A DNA stretch of 44,579 bases from the NCBI GenBank assembly GCA_964371445.1, contig CAYJLK010000006.1, forward strand, positions 1 through 44,579. The letters run 5' to 3'. This DNA comes from an uncultured Candidatus Saccharibacteria bacterium (GTDB taxonomy: Bacteria > Patescibacteriota > Minisyncoccia > Phycocordibacterales > Phycocordibacteraceae). The position numbers and the translations under genes are program-made. The stretch's first letter is position 1, and each line of letters opens with the position of its first letter. Below the pieces are notes generated by a model. That model saw only the letters and a program-made list of their open reading frames with translations. It had not been told where the DNA came from and searched no databases. Below, one piece after another: positions 33,202-41,984 of the stretch.

Positions 33202-33222
33202 TTAGATCACCTCCTTTCTGCG

Positions 33223-35445
33223 TTATGCAACGAAATGTGGAACGGCGGGATAGTCTCTCTCCCACCGCAAACCTAGCACTCCTAACCGTGGGTGTCCATA
33301 TGCCTCCGTGGCGTAACCGAAGTTTATCGGAAGCAGGTCCGGGGCGATTGCCCGTATGACATGCAAACCGATATTCGGTCGAGCTGGAGTCATATCAACA
33401 ATCCAGGGATTAACACGGTGTACAGCTTGTGTCACTGACATAACTACTTTTGGTAGCGTAGTCAGTCGTTCAGAGTCAAGGAGCCATTCGACGTGATGCC
33501 TGTATGCCGGATCCGCATACAGCGCTCCATGATCATCAACCGTACCAACGGCTTCAGGCTTGATTCCGCAAGGGTCTCGTTTTGACCACGTGAGCGCCAT
33601 GAGTTCGGCCTCCGCAAAGGCTTTTCTCAAGGCAATCTCGTAGGTTTCGGCCGCCGCCGATCCGGATGACAACGCGGGTTTTTTCCGCATTGAATGGATC
33701 AGAACCACAACGACCGGTACCGTATCGGTCGAGATATCCAATACTGATACTTGATATCCCGCCGATTGCCAGAACCGTAGTCTGTTTCCAATGACTTGGG
33801 TGAGGTACTCGTCCGGAATTGCTCTGACCACCCTCTTCCCGTACCACGTCGTCATCAGAGCATCTCGCTCGATTAGTTCCAGCGTTGCGGACTGCACAGC
33901 GGTTTCCTTGCTCGAATGCACGGCGACCCCGTTTGAACTCGCCCAGATACAAGGTAGTCGCGAGAGTCGGTGCTGAATACCGCGTTGATAATAAACCGCA
34001 TCGACCGGAATATTCATCGAGCTGCCGTCGACGTGTTTTTTGCCCACCACCCATTGCCAATTTACGTCCGGATCGAAGACGGAAAGTTCATGTTGGAACA
34101 TGACTTGCTGCCCCTTCATGATTGGATAGATGTCATACGGATTCAGCCACTCATCATTCCGAATACTCACTGCCTTTTTCACGTTCCATGAAGCATAGAA
34201 CATGCTGTCTGGTACGTATCGTTCCCACGCCTCAGCAAGTACTTTGAGATGCGCTTCTTCCCTCGACGTGCCTGTGGAAAAGGCGTTGCCAGTCCATTTC
34301 CGCTCTTCCTTCCTTTTTGTCGACACGACATATTGCGCCGAACCGACGTAGGGGGGGAAGTGGTAGCTACCCCTACCAATCTTGTCGACAGTTACGTTTC
34401 GGACGGGACCATGCGGAGCAAGAAGATATTTCTGCAAATGAGCGAGTGCGACTCCTTTCGGAGCCGGCGCTGCTTTCTTTGCGGGGATTCCAGCTATGAT
34501 CGCAGTTAGGACCGCTTGCTTCGGGTAGGATAGTTGGAGGAACTTGGCAAGTACTCTGTCATTGTAACCGCCGTACTCGACAACCCCAATGCCTTGCTCG
34601 GCACTGAACACATAGGCGTTTTGAGCCATATGTCCAGCTTCGATCAACAGATGCCGATAGCTCCGATTCGAATACTTCTTCGCCGCACGTAGCATATCCG
34701 CCGCGACGAACACAACGAGCGAGCTGTTGAACAAGAGGTGGTCGTCTTCAAGAGCCGCTTGGAGCTCAACTTCGTCCAAATGATCCTGAATCTGTCCCAG
34801 CGTTCCATCATGTCTGCGGTACTCGTATATTCCTTTTCTCAAGGTCGCCGTCTCTTTCAAGACTGCAACCATGATACTCATTGGATACAGACCGCCTCCT
34901 GATGGCACGCTTCTTGATTCCGCTCGACCGTACATTGCTTCCAACAATCCCGATACCTGTCGGTCCGAAAATCCAGCCTGATCGAAATTCCGATCCGATT
35001 TCCTCTTCTTCAACAGTTCGAGGAAGGGCGATTCATTTCGTACAAGAGATATTGTTTTTGCGGCGGCATGCAGTTGAACGTCTTTGGTCTTGGCGAGATG
35101 CGCCAGCGAACGAGGACTGACTACGTGGGGGTAGACCATCGGATTAGCCGAGCCGAGATGGAATGCAGTGAAGATATTGCTGCTGTCTATCAAGACCCCG
35201 GCCCGCAGTAATCGGCTGATAATCCGCCGAACAAGTTTCGCAGCAACATCTCCCTGCAACATTTCCACGATTTCTTCAATGGAATCGTGTCCGGTGCAAC
35301 ACTTAAGTATTTTCAAGGTCGCACCGATGTTTCCTTGGAACTCGATAAGTTCACTTTCACCCAGGAAGGTTATGGCGTTCTTGCCGGACTGGTACCCGTA
35401 GAACCTTACTAACGGATGTTTCTCTGACATGATATTTTCTCCCAA
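33223..35445 (-). CDS. Fusion protein: RRE-like winged helix + SagB/ThcOx-type FMN dehydrogenase + YcaO cyclodehydratase
   Basis: Residues ~40-100 (IGATLKILKCCTGHDSIEEIVEMLQGDVAAKLVRRIISRLLRAGVLI) look PqqD/RRE-like. SagB hallmarks are KRKSDRNF, PSGGGLYP and YRHLLIEAGHMAQN. YcaO hallmarks are STGTSREEAHLKVLAEAWERY, SSNGVAVHSSKETAVQSATLELIERDALMTTWY and SGSAAAETYEIALRKAFAEAE. Confidence 0.9.
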   Translation of the reverse strand: MGENIMSEKHPLVRFYGYQSGKNAITFLGESELIEFQGNIGATLKILKCCTGHDSIEEIVEMLQGDVAAKLVRRIISRLLRAGVLIDSSNIFTAFHLGSANPMVYPHVVSPRSLAHLAKTKDVQLHAAAKTISLVRNESPFLELLKKRKSDRNFDQAGFSDRQVSGLLEAMYGRAESRSVPSGGGLYPMSIMVAVLKETATLRKGIYEYRRHDGTLGQIQDHLDEVELQAALEDDHLLFNSSLVVFVAADMLRAAKKYSNRSYRHLLIEAGHMAQNAYVFSAEQGIGVVEYGGYNDRVLAKFLQLSYPKQAVLTAIIAGIPAKKAAPAPKGVALAHLQKYLLAPHGPVRNVTVDKIGRGSYHFPPYVGSAQYVVSTKRKEERKWTGNAFSTGTSREEAHLKVLAEAWERYVPDSMFYASWNVKKAVSIRNDEWLNPYDIYPIMKGQQVMFQHELSVFDPDVNWQWVVGKKHVDGSSMNIPVDAVYYQRGIQHRLSRLPCIWASSNGVAVHSSKETAVQSATLELIERDALMTTWYGKRVVRAIPDEYLTQVIGNRLRFWQSAGYQVSVLDISTDTVPVVVVLIHSMRKKPALSSGSAAAETYEIALRKAFAEAELMALTWSKRDPCGIKPEAVGTVDDHGALYADPAYRHHVEWLLDSERLTTLPKVVMSVTQAVHRVNPWIVDMTPARPNIGLHVIRAIAPDLLPINFGYATEAYGHPRLGVLGLRWERDYPAVPHFVA

Positions 35446-35556
35446 GAAGAATGTTTCAAGGACAAATTTCTGAAAATCAGCGTAGCATAATTTTTTGAAT
35501 AATCAACCCGGCATAAAACTCAGGAATGGGCGCCTTGGTAGTACAATACAGGGACG

Positions 35557-36579
35557 ATGATGCCGCTTGATAGGAACGAGAGTTATTGGATGTTGGACGA
35601 CGAACTCCTGGCCGCAGTGCGCGCGCCGGGCGCGCGCGAGCTCTCTACCTATCCGGACTATGACGAGTTGAAGAGCGCACTTGCAACGTATGCAGGCGTT
35701 GCTCCCGAGAATATACTCGTCACCCCTGGCTCTGACGCGGCGATAGAGCATATCGCACGCGCGTATGCGGGGAGTGGTGGGGGAGTGATACTGCCGGTGC
35801 CGACCTTCTACGGTTACGAATCTATCCTCGAGCGCGTCGGTGCGCAGGTCATTCCCGTTACGTATGAAGAGCGGAATGGTCGTTTCGTGTTCCCGCTCGC
35901 ACGAACGCTCGAGGCGCTCGCGAGTGGCACGGCAAAGGCGCTCTTCCTCTGTCATCCGAACAATCCACTCGGTTGTCCGCTATCGAGCGAAGACATTTCG
36001 TCGCTCGTCGCGGCGGCGCGGGGAAGCGGGACGCTCATCGTCTCTGACGAAGCCTATTTCGAATTTTCGTCCGGTGCTTCATTCCTGCCGCATCTCGCCG
36101 AACTACCGAATCTCATCGTTCTCCGTTCGCTCTCAAAAGCGTTTGCGCTCTCGGGTGCACGTGTCGGGTACGCGATAGCCTCTGCGGATATCATACAAAA
36201 GGTGGGAAAGCTCATGCTCCCGTGGCCGGTCGCGCATATAAGCGTTGCCGCCGCGCTCGCTCTCATCTCGCGGGCAGACAAGGTAAAAGTACGGCGAGAA
36301 TCAGTCATTGTAGCGCGTGGACATTTCTTAGAGGCGCTCCGTGCGGTCTCTCACGTGACGGCGTATTCATCGGAGACTAATTTCATTCTGGTACGCGTTC
36401 CTGATGCCGCGCGAGTCCGCGACGCGCTTCTTGCACAGGGTATCCGCGTCGCACTCGGCTCATCGATGAGTCGATTCCCGGAGGCGAGAGCGCTCCTGCG
36501 GGACACTCTGCGTATCGCCATCCCCGCCCCAGAATCCGAGGTATCCTGTATCGAGTCGCTACGAAGGATATTGCATTAA
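35557..36579 (+). CDS. Class I/II PLP-dependent aminotransferase (HisC / CobD-decarboxylase-like)
   Basis: 340 aa. Contains ILVTPGSDAAIE, CHPNNPLG and SDEAYFEF, with the PLP-lysine motif RSLSKAFALSGARVGY. Confidence 0.85.
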   Translation: MMPLDRNESYWMLDDELLAAVRAPGARELSTYPDYDELKSALATYAGVAPENILVTPGSDAAIEHIARAYAGSGGGVILPVPTFYGYESILERVGAQVIPVTYEERNGRFVFPLARTLEALASGTAKALFLCHPNNPLGCPLSSEDISSLVAAARGSGTLIVSDEAYFEFSSGASFLPHLAELPNLIVLRSLSKAFALSGARVGYAIASADIIQKVGKLMLPWPVAHISVAAALALISRADKVKVRRESVIVARGHFLEALRAVSHVTAYSSETNFILVRVPDAARVRDALLAQGIRVALGSSMSRFPEARALLRDTLRIAIPAPESEVSCIESLRRILH

Positions 36580-36607
36580 TTACAGATATGTGTTATTATA
36601 AATTTCT

Positions 36608-38158
36608 ATGAGTCTGACAAAAACGGTGCTGAAGAAAAAGCCACTCATCGTCGTTGGCGGGAAATTTTCTTCGCCTGCGCACTTCTTTAATGCCCTGCGC
36701 GCGCGCAAGAGTGCGGATTGGTTCCGAGCGGAAAAGAATCATCTCCTCGCTCTTTTCAAACGCATATCGCTCGAAGTGCCGGCATACCGACATTTCCTTC
36801 GTGAGAGCGGTGTACGTCGCGATACCATCCGTACGAGAGAAGACCTTGCTTCGGTGCCCGCAGTGACCAAGAAGAATTATCTGCAGAAGCATCCGTCCAC
36901 GAGTCTGTTATGGCATGGCTCCATGCGTTCGCCACAGGTGCTCACGTCCACGTCCGGTTCGACCGGGAAGCCGACGTATTTCTCTCGTTCGCACGAGATT
37001 GACGAACATTCATCGTTTGTTCACGAACTCATTTTTCGCACGAGCTCGCTGAAGAAGGATAAATCCACACTCGTCATCGTCTGTTTCGGTATGGGTGTGT
37101 GGATCGGTGGGCTCATCACATACCAAGCCTTCGAGCTTATGGGTCGGCGCGGCTACCCGGTCTCCATCCTCACTCCCGGAATCAATAAGACCGAGATATT
37201 GAAGGCGCTGACCGATCTCGCGCCGCACTACGAGCAGATCATCCTCGCCGGCTATCCGCCGTTCCTGAAGGATGTTATCGACGAGGCGCTCGCACAGGGC
37301 ATCACGTTCGCCAAGCACCGCATGATGCTTCTCTTTGCCGCAGAGGCATTCACCGAGAATTTCCGCGACCATCTCGCTAAGAAAGTCGGGATTGAAAATC
37401 CACTCACCGATGCAGTAAATATCTACGGGAGCGCTGACATCGGTACGATGGCGTTCGAGACCCCGTTTTCCATACTCGCGCGCCGGCTCGCGATGAAAGA
37501 CAATAAACTTTTCGCCGACATATTCGGCAACATCACGAAGACGCCGACGTTCGCACAGTACATACCGGAGTTTGTTTCGTTTGAAGCGCCGAACGGCGAG
37601 ATACTCATATCCGGGGATAGCGCGCTTCCGCTCCTGCGCTACTCCATCGGAGATCATGGCGGGGTCTACACCTTCCGCGAGCTCGTGGAGCGATACAGGG
37701 TGCACGGTATCGACCTTATGAAAGAAGCGCAGGCTGCTGGAATCCGCAAGCATGTGTATGAATTGCCGTTCGTGTACGTCTTTGAACGCATTGACTTGGC
37801 GACGACACTCTATGGCCTCCAGGTGTACCCCGAGACGATTAAAGAGGTCTTGCTTAAGAAGCACTTCGTCGACCACCTGACAGGCAAGCTTACGCTCATC
37901 ACGAAATTCGACGACAATCAAGACCAGTATCTGGAAATCAATCTGGAGCAGAAACCGAAAAAGGAAGCGAGCAAGGCGTTCGCATCGGAACTGATTGCTG
38001 AAATCGTTAAGAGTTTGCGCGAGAAGAATTCTGAATTCCGAGAACTATCCAACTTCCTCGGGAAACGCGCAGAGCCGAAGCTCGTCTTCTGGCCGTATGA
38101 GGACTCGCTCTACTTCAAGCCGGGCATAAAGCAGTCGTGGGTAGTGCGGCAGTCGTAA
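36608..38158 (+). CDS. PaaK / coenzyme F390 synthetase-type adenylate-forming ligase
   Basis: 516 aa. The N-terminal VPAYRHFLRESGV...REDLASVPAVTKKNY is followed by the AMP motif TSTSGSTGKPTYF. Confidence 0.8.
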   Translation: MSLTKTVLKKKPLIVVGGKFSSPAHFFNALRARKSADWFRAEKNHLLALFKRISLEVPAYRHFLRESGVRRDTIRTREDLASVPAVTKKNYLQKHPSTSLLWHGSMRSPQVLTSTSGSTGKPTYFSRSHEIDEHSSFVHELIFRTSSLKKDKSTLVIVCFGMGVWIGGLITYQAFELMGRRGYPVSILTPGINKTEILKALTDLAPHYEQIILAGYPPFLKDVIDEALAQGITFAKHRMMLLFAAEAFTENFRDHLAKKVGIENPLTDAVNIYGSADIGTMAFETPFSILARRLAMKDNKLFADIFGNITKTPTFAQYIPEFVSFEAPNGEILISGDSALPLLRYSIGDHGGVYTFRELVERYRVHGIDLMKEAQAAGIRKHVYELPFVYVFERIDLATTLYGLQVYPETIKEVLLKKHFVDHLTGKLTLITKFDDNQDQYLEINLEQKPKKEASKAFASELIAEIVKSLREKNSEFRELSNFLGKRAEPKLVFWPYEDSLYFKPGIKQSWVVRQS

Positions 38159-38183
38159 ACGGGGTGCGTGGTAGGATGAGGGG

Positions 38184-39305
38184 ATGAAACCGGAACAACT
38201 CGATCGTTCACGAGAGTCTTTTTCTGTATTTCGCGACCGTCTGCAGCCGTCGAAGGTCATTGACCGCTACGATCTTCTTTTAGAAGATCTTTTTCTCATC
38301 CGTAACCCGCGTTTTAAATTCATCAAGGACCATACGAGCGAGGTGCGGGCGTTCACCGAGGAGTACCGAGCCGACAAGCCGCTTGAAGACGTGGGGGAGT
38401 GGTTCTATTTCCCGTGGAACACGACGCTCGTGCACTATCTGCCGCACGAGGAGCATCAGGAGATACGTACCGCGCGCAATCGCAATATCATCACGAAAGA
38501 GGAACAGGAAAAATTGTACGGTCTCACGGTCGCCTATGCGGGACTCTCGGTCGGCAGCCACGGCGCGCTCACCTTTGCGCTCATGGGCGGGGCACGGCGT
38601 ATCAAGATCGCTGATCCCGATGAAGTCTCGCCCTCGAACCTGAACCGCATCCGCTTCGACTTCCTCGCCCTCGGGCGCAAGAAGACTGATCTCGTGCGCG
38701 AATATGTCTATCAACTGAATCCTTATGCCGAGATTGAGACGTTTGATACCGGCGTCACCGACGAGAACATGGACGCCTTCCTTTCTGGCGTAGATGTCCT
38801 CGTTGAAGAGACCGACAATTTGGAAATAAAAATACGGCTCCGGCTCGCGGCGCGCGAGCGCAGCATCCCCGTCGTTATGGCAACCGACAACGGCGACAAC
38901 ATTATCGTCGAAGTAGAGCGCTTCGATACCGACAAAACAAAACAGCTTTTCAACGGCGTTATCGGTGACGTGAGCGTGGAGATGTTCAAGTCCTTCACCC
39001 CCTCCGACTTGCCCAAGCTCGCGACAAAGATTGCTGGTCCGCACCTCGTTACCGAGCGCATGATGAGTTCGCTCCTTCAAGTCGGGCGCGAGATCTACTC
39101 GTGGCCGCAGCTCGGCGACGCCGCGACACTCTCGGGCGTCGCAATCGCCTATATCTTGAAGCGACTTGCGCTCGGACAGGCGGTGAATGAAGAGAAATGC
39201 GAGATTAGCCTGGACGCGCTCATTGATCCAGAGCATCATGCACCGCACGTGAAAGAGGCTCGGGAGACGGCACGGGCAGAATTCTTGGCGACGCTCGGTC
39301 TCTAG
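38184..39305 (+). CDS. ThiF/E1-like adenylyltransferase-family protein
   Basis: 373 aa. Nucleotide loop VAYAGLSVGSHGA, IKIADPDEVSPSNLNRI and LVEETDNLEIK. A ~110-aa N-terminal extension is present. Confidence 0.85.
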   Translation: MKPEQLDRSRESFSVFRDRLQPSKVIDRYDLLLEDLFLIRNPRFKFIKDHTSEVRAFTEEYRADKPLEDVGEWFYFPWNTTLVHYLPHEEHQEIRTARNRNIITKEEQEKLYGLTVAYAGLSVGSHGALTFALMGGARRIKIADPDEVSPSNLNRIRFDFLALGRKKTDLVREYVYQLNPYAEIETFDTGVTDENMDAFLSGVDVLVEETDNLEIKIRLRLAARERSIPVVMATDNGDNIIVEVERFDTDKTKQLFNGVIGDVSVEMFKSFTPSDLPKLATKIAGPHLVTERMMSSLLQVGREIYSWPQLGDAATLSGVAIAYILKRLALGQAVNEEKCEISLDALIDPEHHAPHVKEARETARAEFLATLGL

Positions 39306-39307
39306 CT

Positions 39308-40378
39308 ATGGATGGAGCGGAGAGAGAAAAGATAACGAAGATACTCACGGCTGCGGCTGCGGCTCCCTCAGGTGATAATTCTCAGCCGTGGCGTTTTGTC
39401 GTCAAAGGGAGAACAATAGAATTCCACTACATCCCTGAAAGAGACCACCCCATCTTGAACTACGAGGAGGGCGGTACTCTGATCGCGCTTGGCGCCGCGA
39501 TACAGAACGCTGAGCTTGAAGCGCGCGCTGAGCGGTATGCGCCGCAGACGGAGTATCGCGAGAGTGGCTCGTGTGTCGCCGTGATGACCCTCAATGAGGG
39601 CGGTAGCCTGGACGAAGATTCCGCCTCACTCCAAAGAGCGATACGAGCACGGCACTCCAACAGAAAAGCGTACACGAAGGCTCCACTCTCGCCGGAAGTA
39701 CGATTAGCGCTCTTGAGCGCGTCTCAGGAGGAGGATACGGGTCTGAAACTGTCACTGGTGGAATCAATCGACACGATGCGGATACTCTCGCGCGCGCTCA
39801 CGACCATGGAAGAAACGGCGCTTGGGAATAAAAATCTCCACGAATTCTTTTTCAGCGAGATACTCTGGTCTGCTGAAGAGAATCGCGCAGGGAAACAGGG
39901 GCTCTACCTCAAGACGCTCGAGCTCCCGCCGCCGGCACAAGCGATGTTCCGGCTCCTGAAGCGTTGGGGTTTTGCGAGGCCCTTAGCCGCGATTGGTTTC
40001 CCGAAGATGGTGGCGCAGACAAATGCGAAGCAGAACGCATCGGCATCGGCATTCGGCGTCATCACCGCAAAGTGGTCGCGGCGCGCTACCTACCTTGATG
40101 TAGGGAAGATGATGGAACGTCTATGGCTTCGTGCTACCGCACAGGGATTATCGATGCAGATCGTGACCGGCATTACCTTCCTCGCACGTTCGCTCCAGAC
40201 GCCTGAGGTAGCGCGACTCTTCAGTCCACAAGAACAAGAGAGGATTATCGCCGCACATGCGATAATAAAAAAGAATGTGGATGATACGCGCGAACCAATA
40301 CTCATATTCCGTATCGGCACGGGTGAGAGTCCGACGGAGGTAAGTTATCGTCGTCCGCCTGAAATCGTCTTCAACTAA
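39308..40378 (+). CDS. Tandem nitroreductase-fold protein (Acg-like architecture)
   Basis: 356 aa. Contains ILTAAAAAPSGDNSQPWRF and RARHSNRKAY. The start lies 2 nt after the ThiF-like stop. Confidence 0.85.
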   Translation: MDGAEREKITKILTAAAAAPSGDNSQPWRFVVKGRTIEFHYIPERDHPILNYEEGGTLIALGAAIQNAELEARAERYAPQTEYRESGSCVAVMTLNEGGSLDEDSASLQRAIRARHSNRKAYTKAPLSPEVRLALLSASQEEDTGLKLSLVESIDTMRILSRALTTMEETALGNKNLHEFFFSEILWSAEENRAGKQGLYLKTLELPPPAQAMFRLLKRWGFARPLAAIGFPKMVAQTNAKQNASASAFGVITAKWSRRATYLDVGKMMERLWLRATAQGLSMQIVTGITFLARSLQTPEVARLFSPQEQERIIAAHAIIKKNVDDTREPILIFRIGTGESPTEVSYRRPPEIVFN

Positions 40379-40380
40379 TC

Positions 40381-41955
40381 ATGCAAGCCTTTTCCAATCT
40401 CGACCTCCTCTCTGTCGGTGTCGCCGTTGCGGGTATCGGTTTGCTCGGTTTCGTTATCCTTTTCAATAACACCCGTTCGACGACGAATCGGTCTTTTTTC
40501 TATTTCACCCTGGTCACGGTCTGTTGGAGCATTCTCAATTATTCCTATTATCAGTTGCCGGCGGGCGATACCGCCCTGTGGCTCCTGCGGGGAGTCATGT
40601 GTTTTGCGACGTGGCATGCATTCACTTTTTTCCACCTGGCGTCTGTATTTCCAGAAGAGAATTACCGCCAGCCGCTCTCTCATACCTACGTGCTCATACC
40701 GATTGTCGGCGCAGTGTCGCTCCTGACGCTGACGCCGTATGTGTTTGAACGGATAAATGTGATTGGCGCCGGCGGGGCTATCGGTGGGGTAGAGAACGGC
40801 TCTGCTATCCCCGTGTTCGGGATGCTGGTGTTCTTCCTTATCATTTCGGGTATTTGGAAATTAATACGTAAGACGATGAAAGCGTCGAGAGAGCAACGGC
40901 GTCCGTATTCGCTGATGCTCTCTGGAATGATACTGACGTTTGTATTGCTCCTCACCTTCAACTTCTTCATCCCAGCAGTGTTCAATAATCCTCGCTTCAT
41001 ACCGCTCGGAGCCGTCTTCCTGCTCCCGTTCGTCATCATGACGTCGTACGCTATTTATCGTCATCATCTTTTCAATCTGAAAGTCGCGACCACGGCGTTC
41101 CTTGGGTTCATGGTGACCGTCTTCACATTCGTAAATGTCCTGTATTCGACCGATACGAGCGGAGTGGTCATCAACATCACTGCGTTTCTTATCGTGCTTA
41201 TCGGGAGTATTCGTATCGTGCGGGACACGCTCAATCTCAAGAAACTTACGGAAGAGCTTCAGGCGACCAATGAGCGGCAGGAAGGACTCATCCACTTCAT
41301 CGGGCACGAAGTGAAGGGATTCCTGACCAAGGCGGAAGGCGCATTCGCCTCGCTCTCTGAGGGCGACTTCGGGACATTGCCGAAAGAGCTGGAGCCGCTT
41401 GTTGAACACTCGCTTGTCGAGACGCGTCAGGGGTCGGCCTCGGTTGCGGCAATTCTGAAAGCGGCGAACCTGAAGAAGGGGACGGTCTCTTATACGAAGG
41501 CGCCGTTCGATCTGAAAGCGCTCGTCGCGGAGTCGGTCGAGAAAGAGAAGCTCGCGGCAGAGCAGAAAGGGCTCGCCCTCTCTTTCACTGCCGCCGACGC
41601 CTCGTACCAGATGACGGGCGACAAGGAGCAGATACTCGACCACGTGCTCCGCAATCTCATCCAGAACGCTATCAACTATACGCCGTCGGGCTCCGTCGTT
41701 ATCTCGTTACACAAAGAGAATGGGAAGATCATGTTTGCGGTAAAGGATTCCGGCATCGGCATCACTGACGAAGACAAGAAGCGGCTCTTCACCGAGGGTG
41801 GTCACGGCAAGGATTCGCAGCGGGTGAACGTCCACTCCACCGGCTACGGCCTCTACATCGCCAAAAGCATCGTCGAAGCGCACGGCGGTACCGTCCGTGC
41901 CGAGAGTGAGGGGGCGGGGAAGGGTGCAACATTCATCGTCGAATTCCCTGCGTAG
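40381..41955 (+). CDS. Membrane sensor histidine kinase (multi-TM N-terminus, HisKA + HATPase_c), no cognate response regulator in window
   Basis: Six to seven TM helices over aa 1-265. The H-box is FIGHEVKGFL, the N-box is LIQNAINYT, G1 is KDSGIGI and G2 is GYGLYIAKSIVEAHGG. Confidence 0.9.
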   Translation: MQAFSNLDLLSVGVAVAGIGLLGFVILFNNTRSTTNRSFFYFTLVTVCWSILNYSYYQLPAGDTALWLLRGVMCFATWHAFTFFHLASVFPEENYRQPLSHTYVLIPIVGAVSLLTLTPYVFERINVIGAGGAIGGVENGSAIPVFGMLVFFLIISGIWKLIRKTMKASREQRRPYSLMLSGMILTFVLLLTFNFFIPAVFNNPRFIPLGAVFLLPFVIMTSYAIYRHHLFNLKVATTAFLGFMVTVFTFVNVLYSTDTSGVVINITAFLIVLIGSIRIVRDTLNLKKLTEELQATNERQEGLIHFIGHEVKGFLTKAEGAFASLSEGDFGTLPKELEPLVEHSLVETRQGSASVAAILKAANLKKGTVSYTKAPFDLKALVAESVEKEKLAAEQKGLALSFTAADASYQMTGDKEQILDHVLRNLIQNAINYTPSGSVVISLHKENGKIMFAVKDSGIGITDEDKKRLFTEGGHGKDSQRVNVHSTGYGLYIAKSIVEAHGGTVRAESEGAGKGATFIVEFPA

Positions 41956-41984
41956 TTTCTCGAGTAGAGTGATATTATAATTAC

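Noticed and set aside
37010-37921. Long antisense ORFs inside GC-rich genes: 37010-37921, 38280-39248, 40861-41643, 29756-30451, 28003-28506, 30542-30997 and similar.
   Set aside because: All lie opposite ORFs with clear family motifs. They are Arg/Gly/Pro/Ala-rich with no motifs, which is typical of high-GC shadow frames.
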